A stretch of DNA of 64,000 bases from Lachnospiraceae bacterium UBA3401 (GCA_002358575.1 DEPD01000093.1:14487-78486), one strand, 5' to 3'. Positions 21,101-30,287 are shown, counted from the stretch's first letter. A program made the numbers and translations. The notes: generated by a model not told the origin, from the sequence alone.

Positions 21101-23461
21101 ATTTTAAATCAGATAACAGTAAATGGCGAGACGCCCAATCTCGAGAGTGATGGAAAACGATATTCTTTTACAATGCCGGACAAAGCGGTGGAAGTTATTG
21201 CGTTGTTTGAGCCAATTGACATTTTATTAAAGTCCAATTTTAGCGGTGATGCCACGTATTCGGGCAATGCGCAGGGGAAGGTGACACTTACAGTAAAGCC
21301 AAGCGGTTCTTATACTGTCAAGAGCATTAAAGTTACAGATTCAGGCGGCAAAAAGCTGTCTGTTTCCAGAAAACAGAGCGGTTCTTATCTTTATGAGTTT
21401 GATATTACCAAGATGTCAAAGGCACCTTGTACAGTGAATATTTCTTTTCAAAAACAGAATAAAGAGCAGGCGGTCAACACTTCTAAAACCAATGTCAATG
21501 ATGCGATTGACGAGTTGACGCAGGCTTCCAACCAAGTACAGAAGTCTATCAACCACATTAAGAGTATTGTACAAAAGCCAGACGGTTCTTATAAAAGTTG
21601 GGAGACACTCACCAATGCAGAACAGGAAGCGATTGTGACAGAGGTGCTAAATCTAGTGGAATCGTTAGGAGCGATGTCAACATCAGCATCTGCAATTTTG
21701 AGCAGTCTGACTACTATCTATAATATTCTTGCCCCTTATACATCAGATGCGGCGAAGGCGGCAAGGAACGATTTGGAGAAAGCGACCAATCAGATTCAGG
21801 ATATGCTTGATGCGCTTCGGTCAGCCAACAATGGTGTCAAGGGAATTGTAAATTATATGAATGCACAGCCAGATGTTCGTTTCTCTCAGTTGGGTGAAGC
21901 GTTTGATTTGAGCAAAGAGAATTTTCATAATCAGTTAAAAGGGTTGTCAAACAGTATTAAATCATTGAGTGACAATGCAGCAAGCTATTCTGACAGAATT
22001 AATGATGACCTTAGAGCGGTCAATGACCAACTGAATGTTGTGTTTAATCTGTTGGCGGACCGCATGGTTGATATGGAGAATCTAAGCATTGAGGAACTAT
22101 ATGAAGATGTTGATGATGACAAGATTGATACTATCACGACAGGGCGGACGGATGCATGTACTAATAAAGGGATTATAAAAGGAGATATTAATGTAGGAGG
22201 CATTGCAGGTGCAATGTCTATTGACGAGGAGGACCCAGAGGATAGTGCTGCTGGCACAATGGACTATAAGATTGGCAGACGATTTATTATGAAATGCCTT
22301 GTGACGGACAGTGTTAATGAGGGCTATATTACTGCGAAAAAGAATGGTGCAGGTGGTATTTGTGGCTATATGAATCATGGTATTATTGTGGATTCGGAAG
22401 GCTATGGCAGTGTGGAGAGCACAGAAGGCGACTATGTGGGCGGCATTTGTGGCGAATCCTTTACTATTATTAAAAACTGCTATGCGTTGTGTTCTGTGAA
22501 TGGCAATAAAAATGTGGGCGGCATCGCTGGATATGCGGAAACACTGAAAAATTGCTATGCAATGGCGGAAGTACAGTCTGTGAACGGCAGGGTAGGCGCC
22601 ATTGCAGGTCAGGTGGCTTCCTATGAGGAAATGGATATTGATGCGCAGGAACAGGGAGCGAAAGTTGTTGGAAATTACTATGTGGGTGATGATATTCATG
22701 GAATTGATGATATCAGTTATATTGGCGTGGCAGAGCCAATCAGTTATGAGGATTTGCTGACGGTAGAACAGCTTCCAACACAGTTCTGGCATCTTAAAGT
22801 AATCTACAAGATTGAAGACACCTATCTTGGATCTGAGGAAGTGAAGTATGGCGAGAAACTTGACCGATTAAGTTTTCCACAGATTCCTACAAAAGAAGGT
22901 TTTTATGGAATGTGGCCGGATGTTTCCGACCAGCAGATGCGCGGAACATTTGTGGTGGAGGCGGAGTATAAGGACAATGTGACAGTTGTGCAAAGCAGTG
23001 GTGATCAGGATGATACAGAGGAAGGCACATGGAAAAAGCCCTACGCTTTAGTGGAAGATATTTTTACGGAAGATACGATATTGAATGTAAAAATAGGTGA
23101 TGTGACACCACCAGAGGAAGCGGCTGGAAAGCAAAGCGTAGTGTATGAAGTCACGCTGGAAAATGGCGGCATTAAGGAGACAGATTCCTTTGCGCTGCGC
23201 GTTTTAAATCCTTATGAGGACGCAGTTGTCTATGGATATTTAGATGGTGTCTGGACAGAGCTTGAGAGCAAGAGCAGGGGACAATATTTGCAGGTTGATA
23301 TGACAGGCACACAAGCGTATTTTTGCATTGTGGAAGAGAAAGCAAATATGATGCTGATTGTTGGTTCTATTGCAGGAGCAACGGCAGCAGTAATTCTCCT
23401 GATTATAATTATTAAGAAAGCAAAAGCGCTCAAAAAAAAGAAAAGACAGAAAAAGGAGTGA
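18137..23461 (+). CDS. Giant membrane-anchored surface protein with two GLUG-motif regions, InlB-B-repeat-like Ig domains and two helical regions
   Basis: Track ORF 18128..23461 (1777 aa); ATG 18137 or 18146 is the likelier start. Signal-like ILALILSTAMAVSIIPMHNVRAAEQ. Repeated GGIAG/GGIVG/GGICG motifs at both ends. C-terminal TM MMLIVGSIAGATAAVILLIIII followed by KKAKALKKKKRQKKE. The start overlaps the MMPL stop (18142-18144). Confidence 0.85.
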   Translation: MHKMCEQILALILSTAMAVSIIPMHNVRAAEQTKEEASASDEMQYERIDIASPEQFADFASKCFIDSWSKDKYVSLKTDIDLAGTEINSIPVFNGIFDGVGHTISGFDCQGDGYVVGLFRYVEREGVIQNLTLKGDITSENEQECIGSIAGINHGTIKNCTFQGTVSGRDTVGGIAGINERTGIIAGCSVKGRITGYYATGGIVGINHGALNYCTNRAGINDDSAWVAQDDEMGTGLGIIESLTADEDSALYSGVDTGGIAGFSDGVISRCTNHGIVGYEHTGYNIGGIVGRQSGIVSLSINQGTVYGRKDIGGIVGQMEPYIEINEAESLRNAINKLHDLVEKTIDDMDAAGDGIKSDVDVMQSYADSAIDSGDELVTQITDFTDNNVEEINSITGRMEHIIDLLPDILDDVSDAGNAMNGLNDVAKQLSKDLDVLGKLDDSSYNEMDYSRLTLLSTVGGTVTTDSANPAANETVTITVKPDEGYQLKEGSLTVTDKKGKKIAISAVSDQENQYTFVMPKANVKIKAEFVYKGAFLVKSTAGGRVTTTQNGSQVTFKASASGGYQFDSFQVNGNAYSGIVTADHEITLDRQTDIKDNTSTVVEAIFTKTAASVHQITVRTGTGGTAYVTGGNTAAAGENVTVHIAARPNYQYKEMRVNGSRITPTQSDSDASEWIFIMPDSNAEVEVLFQYQYDSDSDRRIYAESNAGGTANATKASDGASYTITIVPEEGYDVSEQAALEFQKLPGGTASEQETAENRANADQNQQNEMVTDKENTENGSEPKHTDYNENESSGDSIEIESSDYKEPRTTEIGSTEIESSEIGTTEIGTTEIESTDYNNQESTEEYSEDTTETERTDHSEEESVGESDTLEMESTLAEAFETQETMLDKEDSIRTNAIPSDQIPKSGLEKGEGARTYKYVVRLESTDPNKYIAYVTFVKKDDTSTDTGTTYNITTVSSTGGSVAADISSAKAGDKVYVTPVSNNGYILNQITVNGETPNLESDGKRYSFTMPDKAVEVIALFEPIDILLKSNFSGDATYSGNAQGKVTLTVKPSGSYTVKSIKVTDSGGKKLSVSRKQSGSYLYEFDITKMSKAPCTVNISFQKQNKEQAVNTSKTNVNDAIDELTQASNQVQKSINHIKSIVQKPDGSYKSWETLTNAEQEAIVTEVLNLVESLGAMSTSASAILSSLTTIYNILAPYTSDAAKAARNDLEKATNQIQDMLDALRSANNGVKGIVNYMNAQPDVRFSQLGEAFDLSKENFHNQLKGLSNSIKSLSDNAASYSDRINDDLRAVNDQLNVVFNLLADRMVDMENLSIEELYEDVDDDKIDTITTGRTDACTNKGIIKGDINVGGIAGAMSIDEEDPEDSAAGTMDYKIGRRFIMKCLVTDSVNEGYITAKKNGAGGICGYMNHGIIVDSEGYGSVESTEGDYVGGICGESFTIIKNCYALCSVNGNKNVGGIAGYAETLKNCYAMAEVQSVNGRVGAIAGQVASYEEMDIDAQEQGAKVVGNYYVGDDIHGIDDISYIGVAEPISYEDLLTVEQLPTQFWHLKVIYKIEDTYLGSEEVKYGEKLDRLSFPQIPTKEGFYGMWPDVSDQQMRGTFVVEAEYKDNVTVVQSSGDQDDTEEGTWKKPYALVEDIFTEDTILNVKIGDVTPPEEAAGKQSVVYEVTLENGGIKETDSFALRVLNPYEDAVVYGYLDGVWTELESKSRGQYLQVDMTGTQAYFCIVEEKANMMLIVGSIAGATAAVILLIIIIKKAKALKKKKRQKKE
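20570..20644 (+). repeat. Five tandem 15-bp (5-codon) in-frame repeats inside the acidic linker of the GLUG protein
   Basis: Units ACAGAAATTGGAAGC / ACAGAAATAGAAAGT / TCGGAAATAGGAACT / ACAGAAATAGGAACT / ACAGAAATAGAAAGT, encoding TEIGS TEIES SEIGT TEIGT TEIES. Confidence 0.9.
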
Positions 23462-23468
23462 TAAAAGA

Positions 23469-24940
23469 ATGAAACACTTTTCCATCTGGAGCAATTACTA
23501 TTTTACGTATGCGCCGCTCTGGAAACATAAAAAAACAATTTTGCCTGTGTCTTTTTGCGCAGGCAGTGCTGTTTGTTTTGACGCCTATTGTAGGAATGAT
23601 GATTACATCAATGATTATCGGTAGTTTGGAACAGAGCATTTTTATATGGGACCTTGTGGTCAGGACGTTGGCTGTGTTTGCCGGATATGGTGTGCTGAAT
23701 ATTATCAAAGGTTATCTGCAAGCACACAATGACGGACTGTATATTGAAGCGCGAACAGAATTCTTTATTATGGAGTGGATTGCGAAGAGTTTCACTTAGC
23801 ATGGAACAATATGAGGACGTAAAGATTCGTAAGTTGATGGAGAAATCGAACAAATGAATCTGGACAAATGATTGGGGAATTGAGGGATTTTTACGTCATA
23901 ATTTAGAATTGGTAGAAAGTTTGTTAGGGTTGTTGGTCTACGCGTGCTAGGCAAAATTTCGACAGCGATGCGGTGGCATCGTTTAGAAATTTTAACGACG
24001 CAACAGTGCGAAACAGGCGGTTCACAACTCTAATTTCTGGCCGGATGGAGTACTAGGATTGATTGCTGGATTTTCTAACTGGATTAGTATGATTGGTAAA
24101 AGTGTGGTTTCTGTTCGGCGTGATGGTAATATGATTAATGATCTGCGCGCTTATCTTGCGTTGGATAAAGATGCAGAGACAGGAGTAAAGATAGATCCAT
24201 CTTGTGGTATTGAAGTTGTGTTTGACCATGTAAGTTATCAATACTACGGTGCTGAGGAGGAGACATTAAAAGATGTTAGTTTTCATCTTGCGCTTGGGGG
24301 AAAACTTGCGCTTGTTGAGATAAATGGAGCAGGCAAAACAACAATTGTAAAATTAATATCTGGGTTGTATTTACCGACATCTGGCACAATATATATAAAT
24401 GGTGTTAGCACGCGCGAACTGGATAGAATAGATTATTATACAAAACAGGCAGCTATTTTTCAGGAACCATTTCAGACTTCTTATAGCATTGCTGAAAATA
24501 TAGTGTTGGACGAAGTGCATGACAGTGAGAAAATATGGGAAGTACTTACCCGAGCAGGATTAGATGAAAAGGTTAGAAGCTTTGCGCAGCAGTTGGAAAC
24601 ACATCTTGGAAAAGATATTGTACAGGATGGTATTACACTTTCTGGCGGTGAAATGCAGAAACTTCTGCTTGCGCGAGCACTATATCGAGAAGCGTCGCTG
24701 GTTTTGTTGGATGAGCCAACAGCAGCACTAGATGCGTTGGCGGAGACAGAGATTTACAAAAAATATCACACATTAATGCAGGGAAAAAGCGTGCTTTTTA
24801 TTTCACACAGATTTGCGTCAACTCGATTTTGTGATCGGATTATCTTGCTTTCAAGCGGGGAAATTAGAGAGCAGGGAACACACGATGAACTAATGAAGGT
24901 ACAAGGAGCTTGCTATCAAATGTTTCAGGTGACGTTGGCT
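23469..24940 (+). pseudogene. Decayed ABC exporter gene (fused TMD-NBD type)
   Basis: ATG 23469 gives MKHFSIWSNYYFTYAPLWKHKK. The frame then switches at an A7 run (23529-23535) to the track ORF 23509..23799 (TM1-like FAQAVLFVLTPIVGMMITSMIIG). Further stops and frame changes occur at 23797-24058. The NBD (track ORF 24059..25048) has a Walker A with Glu in place of Gly (LVEINGAGKTT), signature LSGGEMQK and Walker B LVLLDEPT. The TMD is shorter than expected. Confidence 0.75.
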
Positions 24941-25220
24941 GCATTTCGCAGAGTGCGCGCGGGAGAGAAGGGAATGGGCGGTGTTAGGCGTCAGCTTTCA
25001 GAAATATATGGATTTTTTCAGGAACTTGCCGGAATTGATTCAAGATAAAACTGCAATTTATGTCTCACATCGTATGAGTAATTGTAAATTTTGTGACCAA
25101 ATTATTGTCTTAGATAACGGTCAGATTTTGGAGGAAGGAGAGCACGAGACACTTTTGGAAAAGCAAGGCAGATACTATGAACTCTTTAATGCACAGGCAG
25201 TTTATTATACGCAAAAATAA
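24941..25220 (+). pseudogene. Remnant of a second ABC exporter gene (only the NBD ends are left)
   Basis: Track ORF 24981..25220: LGVSFQKY (NBD start-like) is joined directly to QDKTAIYVSHRMSNCKFCDQIIVLDNGQILEEGEHETLLEKQGRYYELFNAQ (NBD C-terminus). Walker A to Walker B and the whole TMD are missing. Confidence 0.65.
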
Positions 25221-25323
25221 GTATATTGAAATTAAGCGATAAAGATTTATAGAAAAAATTTATGCTATCGCATTCTAACGTCTACTAACGCAGCCGCTTT
25301 TGTTCCTTAAAGAGTGAGTTGTG

Positions 25324-25378
25324 AATCTAATAGAAAACTTACATTACATTAAATTGAATGCAAGTTTTCTATCAGATT
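25324..25378. repeat. Large imperfect inverted repeat between convergent genes
   Basis: AATCTAATAGAAAACTT (25324-25340) pairs with AAGTTTTCTATCAGATT (25362-25378) at 16 of 17 positions around a 21-nt loop. No proper U-tract follows on either strand. Confidence 0.5.
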
Positions 25379-25399
25379 GCAACCGCATAGGTAAAAAAA

Positions 25400-28300
25400 T
25401 TAATGTAGTACACGCTGCAATGCGCTCATTAGATTCTCAATATTGATGGGTTTTGCGATATGTCCATTCATGCCGCTTCTTAATGCTTCCTGCTTATCTT
25501 CCTCAAAGGCATTAGCAGTCATAGCAAGAATGGGAATTGATGCAAGTTGTGTATTTTTTAGCTTACGAATTACTCTGGTTGCTTCATAGCCATTCATAAC
25601 AGGCATCTGAACATCCATTAGGATGAGCTGATAATAACCAGGAGTTGACTTTTCTAACATTTCGACAGCAATCTGTCCATTTTCGGCTACCTCAACGGAA
25701 AATCCGGTTTCCTGCAAAATTTCAGCAGCAATTTCCTGATTTAGCTCATTGTCTTCTACTAGAAGAAGACGTTCTGTATGGAATGCGGATGCCTTTTTAT
25801 CCGTGCCCGAATCATTATCTTCTTCTGTGACCGTGATAGAGTGCAAACATTCCCTTAGCTCTGACAGAAACAGCGGCTTGCTGCAAAAAGCTGTGACGCC
25901 GGCTTCTTTCGCCTCATCTTCAATATCCTCCCAATTATATGCAGTCAGGACAATAATTGGTACATTTCCACCTGTTTCTTTCTGGATTCTGCGTGCAACC
26001 TCAATTCCGTTCATATCGGGCAGAAGCCAGTCAATAATATAAACTGAGTAAAAATCTTTACGCATCACGGCTTGGTGGGTGCGCAATACGGCTTCTTTTC
26101 CAGAAAGAGTCCATTCTGCGCGCATTCCAATTTGTTGGAGCATGTAGGAAACACTATCACAAGTATTAAAATCGTCATCCACTACAAGTGCCCGACAGCC
26201 TTGTAATTCTGGGATTAGCGGGGATTCTTTTACTTCTGAACTGGTGCGGAATGTGAAAGAAACAGTAAACTCTGAGCCGACATTTTGTTTGCTTGTCACG
26301 CTGATGGAACCATTCATCATATTTACAATGTTTTTTGTGATTGCCATGCCAAGTCCTGTTCCCTGAATACCGCTGATAGTAGAGTTGCGTTCCCGCTCAA
26401 ACGGTTCAAAGATATGGTTGACAAAGTCTTCGCTCATGCCAATACCAGTATCCTTAACCTGGAATTCATAGTTAGCGTACCCTTCTTTGGCACCTGGTTT
26501 CTCTGTGACCTTAATGCTGATAATGCCTCCGGCAGTTGTGTATTTAATGGCATTGTTCAGAAGATTTAACAATACTTGATTCAGACGCAGTCGGTCACAA
26601 TAGATTCTTTCATTCTGTACATCAATGGCATCCATGTACAACTCAAGCTGTTTGGAGTGGATATCTGCCTGTATGATATTGCGCAGCCCATGCAGGATTT
26701 CAGGAAGAGAACAGAGCTGTTCGGATAGCTGCATTTTTCCGCTTTCAATATGACTCATATCAAGTACGTTGTTGATCAGGTTCAACAGATGGTTTCCAGA
26801 TGTCATTATTTTTTTGAGGTATCCTTCAACTTGATCGGTATGTTCAATGCGGCTGAGTGCCAGTGTAGTAAAACCAATGATCGCGTTCATTGGCGTGCGA
26901 ATATCATGAGACATATTTGAAAGAAATACACTTTTTGCTTTGTTAGCGCGGTTAGCTTGTTGCAATGCATCTTCCAGAATGGTTGTCTTCTCTATCTCAT
27001 TGCGGATTTCCTCGTCAATACTATGAAATCCAAGGACGATACCGCAATTCTGGCTCCAATCTCCTGCACATACAGCTTTCATTTGAAAATAACGCATTTC
27101 ACCATAACAGATGGTGCGGTAATTGACGGAGTACACTCGTTTCTCAGCAAGTTTTTTCATTAGGTTTTCCTGTGACAGTGCCTGACGAAGTATTTCTTGA
27201 TCTTCTTCATAAACGCATCGGTTGATGTAGAGGTCAAAGTTTTTTTCCATAAAAAGTTCGCCATCAAAGAGTTCATCTAGTATTTTATATTGACAATCAC
27301 TGATTCGGAGTGCCTTTCCTAGACCAGTATCCAGATCAAAGAAACATACAAGATTATAGTCGATACTCAATGCGTGAATTAACTCCATCTGGCGTTGTTC
27401 TTCCTGTTTGCGTTTTTCTTCTTCGTGCAATTTCTGCGCAGTACAATCTAACAAAAAGCGTTGGTATAATAGTTCCCCATTTTCTTGTATTAACTTGATA
27501 TTTCCCATAATATGCAACAGATCACCATTATTGTGTTTTATGCGATATGCGACATTGATGCTGTCACCGATTTCCTTTAGGGACAGAATACCTTTTCGGA
27601 GAAGTTCTCGGTCCTCGTCCACTACGGAAGAAGCAATCATATCAAAACCGGCTGCGATCATTTCCTCCTGAGATTCAAATCCCAGTATTTTTAGAGCGGC
27701 TCCATTGATACTGATAATCCTAGAACCATCGACCGTATGGCATAGAATACCGCAGTCCATTGTAGTAAAAATAGTTTCTAGGGTTTTGGTCTTGGCAATT
27801 AACTGCTGTTTGTACTCGTTTTCCTGTGTGATATCGATGCCGACGCCGACTGTTCCCATCACGCTTCCATCCAGATCGTACAAGGGGGTTTTGTATGTTG
27901 TGAGCAATCTTGCCCCTGTGCTGGTCTGAATTGTCTCTTCGGAGACACAAGTCTCCTTTCGTGTCATAACTTCATATTCGGACTCGATACATGCCGGATC
28001 ATCTTGTTCGACATCCCATATGTAGGCATGCCTACGACCTTCTATCTGGGATTTTGTTTTATTGACGGTCTTGCAGAAACTGTCATTGACTTTTTCGTGA
28101 ATGCCATCTTTGGTTTTGTACCAGATTAGATTTGGAACACTGTTAATGGCGGATTCCAGATATTGGCTGCACTGCCAATAATCTTTTTGTTTTTTATAAT
28201 CTTGTTGCCATTTTGCAAAACGAAAAGTAAGTTCTTCATTGGACAATGGCAGTGTCCAGATATCATAGATTTCTGTAAGACATCCGGTTATTTCTGCCAG

Positions 28301-28564
28301 ACAAGAAATCTGTTGCTTGTCTGCAAGGATAATTAGTTCTGTAACTGGTCTTTTTTCCGATAATAGCATTTGCATCGTTGCGGTAACATCCATGTCATGA
28401 AGGTTCGCAATTATGACATCCGCCTTTGAAATCATTGTTTCATAAGGCGTTTTGCTCTCAAAATATTCGTGCGTAAAATGTTTTAGCGGGGATATATCCT
28501 CGATTAGTTTAAATATTTTGCGTTGTTTTCCCAGAAAAAAGAAGTTAATATGGCAATGATACAT
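25400..28564 (-). CDS. Soluble hybrid sensor histidine kinase (pseudo-receiver-like N-term, PAS domains, HisKA, HATPase_c, two REC domains)
   Basis: Track ORF 25400..28609. ATG at 28564 (MYHCH...) is preceded by GGGGAGGAAATGAC. H-box SHDIRTPMNAI, N-box LLNNAIKYT, G-boxes DTGIGM and GTGLGM. REC1 YIIDWLLPDMNG...CSKP, REC2 LILMDVQMPVMNG...IAKP. No hydrophobic TM segment, no Hpt and no DNA-binding domain. Confidence 0.9.
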   Translation of the reverse strand: MYHCHINFFFLGKQRKIFKLIEDISPLKHFTHEYFESKTPYETMISKADVIIANLHDMDVTATMQMLLSEKRPVTELIILADKQQISCLAEITGCLTEIYDIWTLPLSNEELTFRFAKWQQDYKKQKDYWQCSQYLESAINSVPNLIWYKTKDGIHEKVNDSFCKTVNKTKSQIEGRRHAYIWDVEQDDPACIESEYEVMTRKETCVSEETIQTSTGARLLTTYKTPLYDLDGSVMGTVGVGIDITQENEYKQQLIAKTKTLETIFTTMDCGILCHTVDGSRIISINGAALKILGFESQEEMIAAGFDMIASSVVDEDRELLRKGILSLKEIGDSINVAYRIKHNNGDLLHIMGNIKLIQENGELLYQRFLLDCTAQKLHEEEKRKQEEQRQMELIHALSIDYNLVCFFDLDTGLGKALRISDCQYKILDELFDGELFMEKNFDLYINRCVYEEDQEILRQALSQENLMKKLAEKRVYSVNYRTICYGEMRYFQMKAVCAGDWSQNCGIVLGFHSIDEEIRNEIEKTTILEDALQQANRANKAKSVFLSNMSHDIRTPMNAIIGFTTLALSRIEHTDQVEGYLKKIMTSGNHLLNLINNVLDMSHIESGKMQLSEQLCSLPEILHGLRNIIQADIHSKQLELYMDAIDVQNERIYCDRLRLNQVLLNLLNNAIKYTTAGGIISIKVTEKPGAKEGYANYEFQVKDTGIGMSEDFVNHIFEPFERERNSTISGIQGTGLGMAITKNIVNMMNGSISVTSKQNVGSEFTVSFTFRTSSEVKESPLIPELQGCRALVVDDDFNTCDSVSYMLQQIGMRAEWTLSGKEAVLRTHQAVMRKDFYSVYIIDWLLPDMNGIEVARRIQKETGGNVPIIVLTAYNWEDIEDEAKEAGVTAFCSKPLFLSELRECLHSITVTEEDNDSGTDKKASAFHTERLLLVEDNELNQEIAAEILQETGFSVEVAENGQIAVEMLEKSTPGYYQLILMDVQMPVMNGYEATRVIRKLKNTQLASIPILAMTANAFEEDKQEALRSGMNGHIAKPINIENLMSALQRVLH

Positions 28565-28643
28565 GTCATTTCCTCCCCAAAAGATCAATATTTTGAATCG
28601 GTATGTCACTTTGTTTCTATTTTAACAATCGTGTAGACGCATG

Positions 28644-30230
28644 TCAATACAAGTTGTCGAACACGACAGTTTCTCGGTTTAGGCCTGTGACAATTTCTTG
28701 ATTGTCCCCCATCTGTTTGGTGATGCCCTCCATATCTTTGGCTAGATTTTTGGTGTTGTCAGCGACGCCCGCGATGCCGCCTGCGCTGTCGCTGACCGCT
28801 TTTGTGATGGTGTTGATGGAGTCTGCGATACCAGACATAGAATGTTTTAGACATTCGGTTCTCAGGTGAAAGTTATCCATTGCGCGGCGAATATAGGCAG
28901 CATCTTCTTTATATTGGCTTCCAGATGCCACAAATGCTTGAAATTCAGTTAGAACGGACTGACTCATATAATCTACAAGGTGCTGCGCATTTTCTGAGAG
29001 ATTATGTACTGTGGCGGTGACGACTGTGTTCATTTCCTGAATACGACTTGCGGTTTCTTGGCTGGAATTGGCAAGGGTGCGCACCTCCTCCGCAACAATG
29101 GCAAATCCTTTGCCAGCGGTTCCAGCGTGCGCAGCTTCCACAGAGGCATTCAATGCGATTAGCTGGGTTTGTTGAGAGATTGCAAGAATTTCTCCTGTCA
29201 AAGTTTTAATTTGGTCTACACTGTGGCTCTTTTCTATAGCATCATTCAGAGCGCTCAGAAGTTCTTTGGTTTTGCTATCTGTGGTTTTTGCGTTGGACTG
29301 TGCAGAAAGTTGCATGGCATCTGCCCGTGCGTTCATTTGAATGGTATAGTTGCTAAGGGTATTGCATTCCTCTGCAATATTGTGGACATCAAGTCGGACA
29401 TCCTCCGCATTGTTATTGATGGCGGATACATTGCCCGCCACTTCCTGAAAAGCAGAGGACAACGCTTCGGCGAGTGAAGAAAGGTCCGCAGCGCTTCTCT
29501 TTGATGCATATGTTCTTTTTAGAACTTCCCCGGTCATAGTGTTGATACGGCCAGAGCTTTCCTGTATCGTCTGTAGTATGCTTTTGACTGGGAGAACAAC
29601 GTATTTGGTAATTAGTTTTAGATCGGCAAAGACCAACAAAACACAGGCTGATGCCGCTGCAATTCCCACTGCCAGTGATATTAGATATACAGATGTAAGC
29701 TGTTTTCGGGCGGTGGTGGTCTGATCTTGGATAGAGGCATTCAGCGCGTCAATATCAGCCTCTATAGCACGGGAAAACGTTGCCACATCACCGTTTGCAA
29801 GGATATAGGCATCTTGTGTCTTGCGGCTGGCACTTGCACAAGTTAAATGAACGAGTGCATGTTTGAAGGAGTCATAATCGGAGAGAAGGGATTGGTATGC
29901 TTTTTGATCCGTGGGTATTATATATTCCTGGTATTGCGCAAGCAAACCATCCAGAGTTGCTTCCTCTAATTTTATTTGCTGAACAAGGGCTGTCATCGTG
30001 TTGTAGTCTGTGGCAACAATATGGCTCAAAGCCATTTTATGAATATTCATGGAGGACTGATAGATTTCAGCCAGACGACCTTGACCTTCCATATAATTGT
30101 CGGCAATATTGGAGGCGCTCGCATTTACATTGCGTATATTAGAAATTGAAATTATATTTGATAAAAGTGCCACAATACCCAGAAGAGCAATGGGCAGGAT
30201 TAACCGATGCTTTAAACTAATTGTTTTCAT
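28644..30230 (-). CDS. Methyl-accepting chemotaxis-type transducer with 4-helix-bundle-like extracellular sensor
   Basis: 528 aa; RBS AAGGAGAA. TM1 ILPIALLGIVALLSNIISI, about 170-aa outside domain, TM2 VYLISLAVGIAAASACVLLVF. Conserved signalling hairpin QLIALNASVEAAHAGTAGKGFAIVAEEVRTLA. Confidence 0.9.
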   Translation of the reverse strand: MKTISLKHRLILPIALLGIVALLSNIISISNIRNVNASASNIADNYMEGQGRLAEIYQSSMNIHKMALSHIVATDYNTMTALVQQIKLEEATLDGLLAQYQEYIIPTDQKAYQSLLSDYDSFKHALVHLTCASASRKTQDAYILANGDVATFSRAIEADIDALNASIQDQTTTARKQLTSVYLISLAVGIAAASACVLLVFADLKLITKYVVLPVKSILQTIQESSGRINTMTGEVLKRTYASKRSAADLSSLAEALSSAFQEVAGNVSAINNNAEDVRLDVHNIAEECNTLSNYTIQMNARADAMQLSAQSNAKTTDSKTKELLSALNDAIEKSHSVDQIKTLTGEILAISQQTQLIALNASVEAAHAGTAGKGFAIVAEEVRTLANSSQETASRIQEMNTVVTATVHNLSENAQHLVDYMSQSVLTEFQAFVASGSQYKEDAAYIRRAMDNFHLRTECLKHSMSGIADSINTITKAVSDSAGGIAGVADNTKNLAKDMEGITKQMGDNQEIVTGLNRETVVFDNLY

Positions 30231-30287
30231 GACGATGGATTCTCCTTCTTGTAGGAATCGTTTCTTGGAATCTTTTAAAGGGTACTG

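Noticed and set aside
23953-23993. Imperfect palindrome AAAATTTC-gaca-CGATGC-ggtg-GCATCG-ttta-GAAATTTT in the decayed ABC region, a possible RNA element or operator.
   Set aside because: It lies within sequence that still reads as a degraded ABC TMD in another frame. It has no U-tract and no second copy, so it is probably coincidental.
24981-25220. 79-aa ORF that could be called a small ABC ATPase gene.
   Set aside because: It contains only an NBD start joined to an NBD C-terminus, with no Walker A, signature or Walker B. I treat it as a deletion remnant.
25221-25399. Non-coding gap with hairpins, considered as a riboswitch or small RNA.
   Set aside because: No conserved riboswitch core is recognisable. 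It lies between convergent gene ends, so it is most simply terminator or spacer sequence. It is reported only as an inverted repeat.
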